Source: a virus (taxonomy: Duplodnaviria > Caudoviricetes). From it: 29,887 nt of DNA. Each line of letters opens with the position of its first letter. Position 1 is the stretch's first letter. Both the position numbers and the translations under genes were made by a program. The stretch covers positions 1 to 29,887 of the IMG/VR virus record IMGVR_UViG_3300027863_000129; one strand, 5' to 3'. Below are positions 18,719 through 24,523 of this stretch, one piece after another. The notes under the pieces are model-generated. The model was not told the origin of the DNA. It saw only the letters and a list, made by a program, of their open reading frames with translations, and made no database searches.

Positions 18719-19079
18719 AGAGACCTTTAGGTCTCTAATTCAGAAGATTTTAAGGGAAGAAAAGAATATCTACCAGTCCAGCCCGTTAGGGCTGGGAGAC
18801 TATGCTCGCCTTCAGGCGAGCCCATATACCGCCGCGTTAGCGGCGGGTGTCTATGCCCCGCAAAAAGCGGGGCAAAATCCCACGCCGATAGGCGTGGAAC
18901 ACTTTTTGCTACGCGCGCGTGCGTGCGCGCGCGATAAGATATATTATATTTATATTTATTATATTATATATCTATCCCCCTTTAGGGGGATAGGTTTTCT
19001 TTTCTTTTCTTATTCTTTTATTTCTCTTTTCTTTGCTACTTTCTTTTCTCTTGTTTTTCTTTTTCTTTTCTTTTCTTTT
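18719..19079 (+). repeat. Hairpin-array element, copy 1 (inverted relative to 24283-24523)
   Basis: Hairpins at 18719-36, 18778-95, 18804-21, 18829-46, 18854-74, 18880-97 and 18972-93. CG-alternating tract at 18912-33, then an AT tract, then a pyrimidine tract at 18995-19079. Confidence 0.9.
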
Positions 19080-19183
19080 GTAGTGTTGGTTATGTCTCAA
19101 GTGTAACTCAAAGGGGTGTTTTGGGGGGAAAGGTAATGAGGGTCGCACAAACGCGCAAATGAAGCGCCATCCCTTTTCAAAGG

Positions 19184-19481
19184 TTAGTAAGATGGTTACT
19201 AATTTTTTGGCTATGTAAACGCAAGCATAACGGCTAACTAATCAAGCGGTTAATTAGTTAGTTGTTTTGTTACTTATTGAAAAGTTAGTAAGTAGCTAAC
19301 AAACCAACCACAACCTTGACAATAGTGGTCAAGTTATAACTGTATCACCAAGCAAGCGGTAAACTTGACAACAATGGTCAAGCTTAGTTTACTAAGTTTA
19401 CTTAGTTCGCTAAGTTTACTTAGTTTGGTTATAGTGCTATTACCACCCCCAACCCTCCCAAGATGTTAGACTCATCTAACA
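19184..19481. repeat. Cluster of short palindromes and 9-bp tandem repeats
   Basis: TTAGTAA-N5-TTACTAA (19184-19202); CTTGAC-N7-GTCAAG twice (19315-33, 19364-82); WAGTTTACT-like 9-mer five times (19385-19429); TGTTAGA-N4-TCTAACA (19464-81). Confidence 0.8.
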
Positions 19482-19573
19482 ATGTTAGGTTAATATTATA
19501 AATGCGAAAAATATCAAAAAAAAGTAGTTAAAAATACTTTTATTTTTTTATACCTTGATTATACTGTCAAGAC

Positions 19574-19598
19574 AATTTTACTTGAATTATGGCTAATT
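19574..19598 (+). repeat. 25-bp direct repeat, copy 1 (copy 2 at 22555-22579)
   Basis: AATTTTACTTGAATTATGGCTAATT is identical at both intergenic sites. Confidence 0.9.
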
Positions 19599-19609
19599 AA
19601 TAAAAATAC

Positions 19610-19637
19610 TTGACTTTTTTCTAAAAGTGTGTATATT
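19610..19637 (+). promoter_or_regulatory. Early sigma70-type promoter P1
   Basis: TTGACT-N16-TATATT with an A-rich upstream region. The same design recurs five times. Confidence 0.75.
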
Positions 19638-19690
19638 ATAAATAAGCAAGTATGAAAAAATACTTGCAAATCTTTTTTGTGGGGTGTTTT

Positions 19691-19867
19691 ATGAAGTTTT
19701 TAGTTTTACACAGTGGATTAACTCTGCACTGCAAAGCGATTGAAAAAATAAAGGATGTAGATAATGATAAGGTTGAAATCATTGTAAGCGCCTATAATAG
19801 CGCGTTAGAAGTTGATATTTTTAGATTAATAGTTAATAAAAAAATATTTGAATTATCAATGAAATAA
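19691..19867 (+). CDS. Hypothetical early protein
   Basis: Probable start MKFLV at 19691 after GGGGTG. The track start is 19652. Confidence 0.6.
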   Translation: MKFLVLHSGLTLHCKAIEKIKDVDNDKVEIIVSAYNSALEVDIFRLIVNKKIFELSMK

Positions 19868-19872
19868 TTCAA

Positions 19873-19955
19873 ACAAACCTTTATCAAGCGGTGCTTTTAT
19901 GCACCGTTTAAATAAGGGCTTGTAAGAATACAAGCTACTTTTATCTTATGGAGGT
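19873..19955 (+). promoter_or_regulatory. Intergenic RNA stem with overlapping alternative hairpin and RBS, copy 1
   Basis: A roughly 21-bp imperfect stem (19873-19923) overlaps GCTTGTA-AGAA-TACAAGC (19918-35), followed by TGGAGGT. The same layout occurs at 21557-21637. Confidence 0.6.
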
Positions 19956-19960
19956 ATTTT

Positions 19961-20233
19961 ATGTTTGTTAATTATGGCAAGGAATTTAGATGGGATGGCA
20001 ACTTCAAAATAAATGAAGTTGCAAGTCTGCTTGCAGTAAGGTTGATTAATTTATACAAGCATCAAGAAATATCAGTTGATATTAGTGGGGGGGGCTTAAA
20101 CTGGGATATCAGAGTCCGCTTTATACCTACTGCGGACTACAGTAAATTTAAAAAAATAATCGCGACTTACAAAAAAGTAGATTATATTAGGTGGGCACGA
20201 TTAATGAATCAATTATCAAAGCAAGCCGTGTAA
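19961..20233 (+). CDS. Hypothetical early protein
   Basis: 90 aa, GGAGGT RBS. Confidence 0.75.
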   Translation: MFVNYGKEFRWDGNFKINEVASLLAVRLINLYKHQEISVDISGGGLNWDIRVRFIPTADYSKFKKIIATYKKVDYIRWARLMNQLSKQAV

Positions 20234-20247
20234 AACACGGCTTTTTT
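20223..20247 (+). terminator. Intrinsic terminator
   Basis: AAGCCGTG-TAAAA-CACGGCTT followed by a T run. Confidence 0.75.
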
Positions 20248-20299
20248 ATATAATTTAGTTATGTATATTACTAAATAATATATATTACTAAGTTATATA
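20244..20299 (+). repeat. 56-bp perfect direct repeat, copy 1
   Basis: TTTTATATAATTTAGTTATGTATATTACTAAATAATATATATTACTAAGTTATATA, identical at 21920-21975. Confidence 0.95.
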
Positions 20300-20345
20300 A
20301 GTAAGTAATTACTTTATAACTAATTTAAAAACAAGGAGTGCAAAA

Positions 20346-20432
20346 ATGAAAAAAACAAATACAAACACAAAAACAAATACAAATACAAAAAAACACTTGA
20401 CAAATTATAAAAATTGTGTATATTATTATTAA
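20346..20432 (+). CDS. Candidate micro-ORF (28 aa) spanning promoter P2
   Basis: AGGAG RBS at 20334-38. Translation MKKTNTNTKTNTNTKKHLTNYKNCVYYY, with a paralogue at 22026-22100. Confidence 0.3.
   Translation: MKKTNTNTKTNTNTKKHLTNYKNCVYYY
20397..20424 (+). promoter_or_regulatory. Early promoter P2
   Basis: TTGACA-N16-TATATT. Confidence 0.75.
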
Positions 20433-20462
20433 GTAAAAAAAATTTACTTTATGGAGTTACTT

Positions 20463-21557
20463 ATGTTAAGCTTTACACTTTCAAAGCAAGCACTTAAAGA
20501 CTTGCAAGCGGTTAAGGGCGGTTTGTCAAAAGACAGGTATTTAGCGACAAGTTATTATTACTGTAAAGTGGGCGCTGGTTATTTAAGAGTTTACACTTTT
20601 AACAATGATTACTATCTAACAAGCCTTGTTAAGATTGACAATGCAAGCAATGATACAAACGACAATATCTTTCTTGCAACGAGTGATTTTTTTGATTTTA
20701 AAAGCGATTGTCAATATAACATTGATATTGATAATCAAACGGCAGTAATTACTTCAAACAATATTAAAAGTAATAAACAGGTATTCAAAGATGCAAGCGG
20801 TTTCCCACTGTTTACAAATGACAATGTGGACTTAAAAGGTATTATCAATGCAAGCGCCTTGATACAATTATTAAAAGTAAAAAATGCAGTCTATAAAGAT
20901 AAATATGAGAATTATGAAGTATTTAAAGGCGTTTTGTTTGATATTAAAGATAATGTATTTAATGCAGTAGCTACAAATAGAGCACAGCTATACTGGTATT
21001 ATTTAAACGGCGTTGAATCTAACTATTTAAAGGATTTCTATGGTATTATAAATGAAAAAGCTATTAATGCACTTGTAAAAGTTATTAATAAATACAACGG
21101 CGATGTTTATATTAATAGCAATGGTCAATATATTAGTTTTGCATTTAATAATGACAAAGTAAAGTTAATAACAAAACTAGTTGAAGGTAGTTTCCCACAA
21201 TATCAAGCTGTTTTATTAGAAACAAATCACGAGGGCATAAACTACATTAAATTTAACAAAGATAATATGATTAATACTTTACAAACTTTATTAAATGGTT
21301 ATAAAGATGATTTAACACCAGTTGAGTTTATCTTAAATGACAAGCTAACATTAAAAACAAAAGAAAGCGAGTCAACCCTTGACTATGAAAACAAAACAAG
21401 CTTGCAAGTTAAAATCAATGGTAAATATTTATTTGATTATCTTAAAACATTACCTGTAAATATTGACAATATTACAATGTATTTTAAAGATAATCAGCAC
21501 CCCGTAGAGTTTAGAGCTGATAATTACATTTTAGTAATGACTCCTATCTTAAGATAG
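20463..21557 (+). CDS. dnaN: DNA polymerase III beta sliding clamp homologue
   Basis: About 364 aa (probable start MLSF at 20463 after GGAG). FKGVLF...AVATNRAQL, LVEGSFPQYQAVL, INGKYLFDYL and C-terminal ILVMTPI match beta-clamp motifs (ATDGHRL, LIDGxFPDY, FNxxYLLD, VVMPM). Confidence 0.85.
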   Translation: MLSFTLSKQALKDLQAVKGGLSKDRYLATSYYYCKVGAGYLRVYTFNNDYYLTSLVKIDNASNDTNDNIFLATSDFFDFKSDCQYNIDIDNQTAVITSNNIKSNKQVFKDASGFPLFTNDNVDLKGIINASALIQLLKVKNAVYKDKYENYEVFKGVLFDIKDNVFNAVATNRAQLYWYYLNGVESNYLKDFYGIINEKAINALVKVINKYNGDVYINSNGQYISFAFNNDKVKLITKLVEGSFPQYQAVLLETNHEGINYIKFNKDNMINTLQTLLNGYKDDLTPVEFILNDKLTLKTKESESTLDYENKTSLQVKINGKYLFDYLKTLPVNIDNITMYFKDNQHPVEFRADNYILVMTPILR

Positions 21558-21637
21558 CAAGCTTTTATTGAGCAGGGCTGGGCACCCTGCTTTATTAAGA
21601 GCTTGTATTTGCAAGCCTTAAAATTTATTTTGGAGGT
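21557..21637 (+). promoter_or_regulatory. Intergenic RNA stem with overlapping alternative hairpin and RBS, copy 2
   Basis: A roughly 20-bp imperfect stem (21557-21606) overlaps GCTTGT-ATTT-GCAAGC (21601-16), followed by TGGAGGT. Confidence 0.6.
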
Positions 21638-21643
21638 GTCAAA

Positions 21644-21904
21644 ATGACACAAAAAATTACTTTATCGGAGTTAAGGACCAAGCATCCTTTGTTTTTCGAG
21701 AGAAAAACTCAAAGGCTTTTTGGGGACATTAAAAAATATATTTACAAAGATTATTTAATTGTAAAATTTAGACGGGAATTGTCAAATACTAGTTATGAAG
21801 GTTACAATATTTATCAAATTACAAATGATAATTTACAGTATGTTAATACTGTAAAAAGTGATTATAAATACTTTATTGACAACTTAAAAGAAGGCGCGCA
21901 ATAG
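21644..21904 (+). CDS. Hypothetical early protein
   Basis: 86 aa, GGAGGT RBS. Confidence 0.75.
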   Translation: MTQKITLSELRTKHPLFFERKTQRLFGDIKKYIYKDYLIVKFRRELSNTSYEGYNIYQITNDNLQYVNTVKSDYKYFIDNLKEGAQ

Positions 21905-21918
21905 GCGCGCTTTTTTTT
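21894..21918 (+). terminator. Intrinsic terminator
   Basis: GCGCGC-AATAG-GCGCGC followed by T8. Confidence 0.75.
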
Positions 21919-21919
21919 G

Positions 21920-21975
21920 TTTTATATAATTTAGTTATGTATATTACTAAATAATATATATTACTAAGTTATATA
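21920..21975 (+). repeat. 56-bp perfect direct repeat, copy 2
   Basis: Identical to 20244-20299. Confidence 0.95.
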
Positions 21976-22025
21976 TATTAGAAATTGATATATATAACTA
22001 AATGACAAAATGTGGGGGCTGTAAA

Positions 22026-22100
22026 ATGAAACAAATACAAACAAATACAAATACAAAAAAAGACTTGACTTTTAAGAAAAAATATGTATATTATTATTAA
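22026..22100 (+). CDS. Candidate micro-ORF (24 aa) spanning promoter P3
   Basis: GGGGG RBS-like run. Translation MKQIQTNTNTKKDLTFKKKYVYYY, with the same frame and stop as its paralogue. Confidence 0.3.
   Translation: MKQIQTNTNTKKDLTFKKKYVYYY
22065..22092 (+). promoter_or_regulatory. Early promoter P3
   Basis: TTGACT-N16-TATATT. Confidence 0.75.
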
Positions 22101-22124
22101 GAAAAAAACTTTAGGAGGTGTTTT

Positions 22125-22325
22125 ATGGATGTAAGGTATTACTACGACAGCTATGAAAAAGCTGTAAAAGCGGAGGCGTGGTATAAGGAGCAATACAAAG
22201 ACCCGCACTATCTTGCAAATATCTATATGCAAGATGGTAGGGATACTTGGAAGATTACGCCAGAAAACAAAAACGATATCAACCACGGCTGGTATGTCGT
22301 GGTTGATGTCGCAAGTTTAGATTAA
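22125..22325 (+). CDS. Hypothetical early protein
   Basis: 66 aa, AGGAGGT RBS. Confidence 0.75.
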   Translation: MDVRYYYDSYEKAVKAEAWYKEQYKDPHYLANIYMQDGRDTWKITPENKNDINHGWYVVVDVASLD

Positions 22326-22357
22326 GCGAAGCTTGCTAAAGCAAAGGGGATATAATT

Positions 22358-22441
22358 ATGTGGGATTTTTTAGGCTCAGTGGTTATGTTGATTTTTTTCT
22401 TAATGTTATTAATAATAGCGATAGGAGGAAACGATGATTGA
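22358..22441 (+). CDS. Small membrane peptide (27 aa)
   Basis: Not in the track. MWDFLGSVVMLIFFLMLLIIAIGGNDD, AGGGGA RBS, overlaps the next start. Confidence 0.55.
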   Translation: MWDFLGSVVMLIFFLMLLIIAIGGNDD

Positions 22442-22556
22442 TTACAAAAACTACAAAGTTATAAAAACAAACAAAAAGAAACTTTTGTATTGGGTTATTT
22501 TTACTATAATAACAGCTTTACTATGGATAACAGCCATAGAAATGTTGTTTAAATAA
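22434..22556 (+). CDS. Small membrane protein (40 aa)
   Basis: Not in the track. MIDYKNYKVIKTNKKKLLYWVIFTIITALLWITAIEMLFK, AGGAGG RBS, basic stretch followed by one TM helix. Confidence 0.65.
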   Translation: MIDYKNYKVIKTNKKKLLYWVIFTIITALLWITAIEMLFK

Positions 22557-22579
22557 TTTTACTTGAATTATGGCTAATT
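22555..22579 (+). repeat. 25-bp direct repeat, copy 2
   Basis: Identical to 19574-19598. Confidence 0.9.
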
Positions 22580-22600
22580 TTTAAAAAAAGGAGGTTTTTT

Positions 22601-22954
22601 ATGAATGAGACAGTAAGCGTAGCAAAGCTACAAAGTCAGATTGACAAAATGGTTGAAGTAATGACAGAAACGGAAGTGGGTAAAAGAATGTGGGAAGAAG
22701 TGCAAAGAAAACAAAAACAAGAAAGCCTAAAGGAAGCAAAATCAATTCTTGATTTGCTTAAAAAAGACATAGACAAAAATATTGAGAGACTTCAGACTTG
22801 CCAGAGGATTCTAAATACTCTAAAAATAGGGGTGGTGGATGAAATGACAGAGTATTCTTTTGACAAACTTGAAGAGTTAGTAAGTAATTTACAAGACACA
22901 CTAAAAGCTAACGATGTTATGATTAGAGAGTTAGCACTTGATTTAAAATATTAG
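22601..22954 (+). CDS. Hypothetical coiled-coil protein
   Basis: 117 aa, AGGAGGT RBS. Confidence 0.75.
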   Translation: MNETVSVAKLQSQIDKMVEVMTETEVGKRMWEEVQRKQKQESLKEAKSILDLLKKDIDKNIERLQTCQRILNTLKIGVVDEMTEYSFDKLEELVSNLQDTLKANDVMIRELALDLKY

Positions 22955-22964
22955 GAGGTATAAA

Positions 22965-23222
22965 ATGGACGGAAGGTTTTTTGCAGAAAATAGTGAGATA
23001 CTACCACACAGCTTGTATAAAAAAATTGTAATTGGCGAATTGCCAAAAGAGTTTTTTGAAAAAATACAAGAATACAAAAGCGATGAGATTAAAGAAGAAA
23101 AATATGCATTAATGAATGGTGAAATAAAAAGATATTACAGAATGATTATAAGGGGTATTACAAGAAATCGTGATGGTAATGTGGTTATAGATACAGTGTT
23201 TGAATCGGAATTTTTTGATTAG
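22965..23222 (+). CDS. Hypothetical protein
   Basis: 85 aa, AGGAGGT RBS. Confidence 0.75.
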   Translation: MDGRFFAENSEILPHSLYKKIVIGELPKEFFEKIQEYKSDEIKEEKYALMNGEIKRYYRMIIRGITRNRDGNVVIDTVFESEFFD

Positions 23223-23232
23223 GAGGTGTAAT

Positions 23233-23478
23233 ATGGATTTAAAAGGATTTAAAACAATGGAAGAAACAAGAGAGTTTTTTAAAAAAGAAGGGTGCCCAGA
23301 AGAATTTTTAAAGGTGATGGATGAATTAGAGTTGGTAATAGAAGGAAAAATCCCAAGAGACAGAAAAACAATTAAGGCGTTAATCAAACGATTAAAATCG
23401 CCAGGTGATGAATATCTTTTGTGCAATTTTGTAATGGAAGCTTTAGCAAATCAATTGTTACAATTAATGGAGATATAA
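23233..23478 (+). CDS. Hypothetical protein
   Basis: Probable start MDLKG at 23233 after AGGAGGT. Confidence 0.7.
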   Translation: MDLKGFKTMEETREFFKKEGCPEEFLKVMDELELVIEGKIPRDRKTIKALIKRLKSPGDEYLLCNFVMEALANQLLQLMEI

Positions 23479-23479
23479 A

Positions 23480-23695
23480 ATGGATATGGTTGAAGTAATC
23501 AAAGACAAATACACAAGAAAAAATGTAGGGCGTCCCAAAAAGACGCCCAAGAAAATGGTTTCTTTTCAAACAACCGAAGAAGGTTACGAAAAATGGAGAC
23601 AACTTGCTAAAAAACAAGGCTACAAAATGTCAGAACTGTTTAGGCTGGCGGTAGTAGAATACTATCGCAATCACAAAAATGATGAAATACTATAA
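23480..23695 (+). CDS. Ribbon-helix-helix (CopG/Arc-like) DNA-binding protein
   Basis: GRPKK, then KKMVSFQTTEEGYEKWRQLAKKQGYKMSELFRLAVVEY, an RHH pattern. Confidence 0.7.
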   Translation: MDMVEVIKDKYTRKNVGRPKKTPKKMVSFQTTEEGYEKWRQLAKKQGYKMSELFRLAVVEYYRNHKNDEIL

Positions 23696-23708
23696 AAAGG
23701 AGGAAATA

Positions 23709-24002
23709 ATGGATAATAATATTTACACAAAAAAAGAAGTAAAAAATTTTACAAACATACAACTAATAGATGCTTTAGAAAATACTTTAAAAATATTCCC
23801 AACCGCAGTAAGAATAGAAATAGAAATATTTGAAAGAAGTAATAATAATAACCCATATGTAAAAGAAGAAATACACGATATATTGACTGCTTTTTGGATA
23901 CTTCATAAATTGTATAGAGAGGCAATAATTGATGAGTATCCCTACAATACTTTTAAAAACTTAAAAAAAGCACTTATTGGAAGACTAAAAACAAATTATT
24001 AG
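23709..24002 (+). CDS. Hypothetical protein
   Basis: Probable start MDNNI at 23709 after AGGAGG. Confidence 0.7.
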   Translation: MDNNIYTKKEVKNFTNIQLIDALENTLKIFPTAVRIEIEIFERSNNNNPYVKEEIHDILTAFWILHKLYREAIIDEYPYNTFKNLKKALIGRLKTNY

Positions 24003-24024
24003 GGAGCCTAATGCTCCCTTTTTT
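24001..24024 (+). terminator. Intrinsic terminator closing the early region
   Basis: AGGGAGC-CTAAT-GCTCCCT followed by a T run. Confidence 0.8.
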
Positions 24025-24155
24025 ATTTACGCTATTCTTTAAAATACCGCACACAAATAAATTTGTGTATGCTAAACGATACACAAACAATCTTCTGTAA
24101 AACAAAAACAATTTTACTTTACGCTAATAAGTTACAAAGTTAATAACTTTTAGCT

Positions 24156-24192
24156 AAAGTTATCCGAAGTTGCTAAAAAGTTATCCGAAGTT
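24156..24192 (+). repeat. 16-bp direct repeat with 21-bp period
   Basis: AAAGTTATCCGAAGTT at 24156-71 and 24177-92. Confidence 0.85.
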
Positions 24193-24282
24193 TAAAAAAT
24201 ACACAAAATTACAATTTTTGGTAGGGTTTGGTGCCAAATATCCACAAAAATGTATACAAAAATCATAAAAAATACAATTTTT

Positions 24283-24523
24283 AAGAAAGAAAAGAAAAGA
24301 AACAAAAGAAAAGAAAGAATATCTACATCCCTATAGGGATGTAGTAACACTACCTATAGGTATAATTATTATATTATTCGCGCGCGTGCGCGTAGCAAAA
24401 CTTGTTCCAGAAGAACAAGTAAGTAATAGCAAGCCTTTATGGCTTGCATATAGTAGCCAGCCCTAACGGGCTGGTGTGTATTTTTTTCTTTCGTTAAAAT
24501 CTTTGCGGTGCAAAAAGCACCGC
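24283..24523 (-). repeat. Hairpin-array element, copy 2 (inverted)
   Basis: Purine tract at 24283-24319, palindromes at 24323-44 and 24351-62, CG tract at 24379-92, hairpins at 24400-20, 24429-47, 24457-74 and 24505-23. Confidence 0.9.

Noticed and set aside
18778-18897. CRISPR or other guide-RNA array
   Set aside because: There is no conserved repeat sequence, linkers are only 5-8 nt, and I recognise no cas or Nop-domain gene.
18915-18921. Lactococcus Chi site GCGCGTG in the CG tracts
   Set aside because: It is expected by chance within alternating CG/TG tracts, and I did not see it dispersed elsewhere.
18894-19106. 70-aa ORF from the track (RARACAR, Phe-rich)
   Set aside because: It is a translation of the CG, AT and pyrimidine tracts, with no RBS and no counterpart ORF listed for the inverted copy.
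19113-19459. G-quadruplex motifs at about 19113-43 (+) and 19443-59 (-)
   Set aside because: Neither is a clean motif of four separate GGG runs, so the support is too weak to call.
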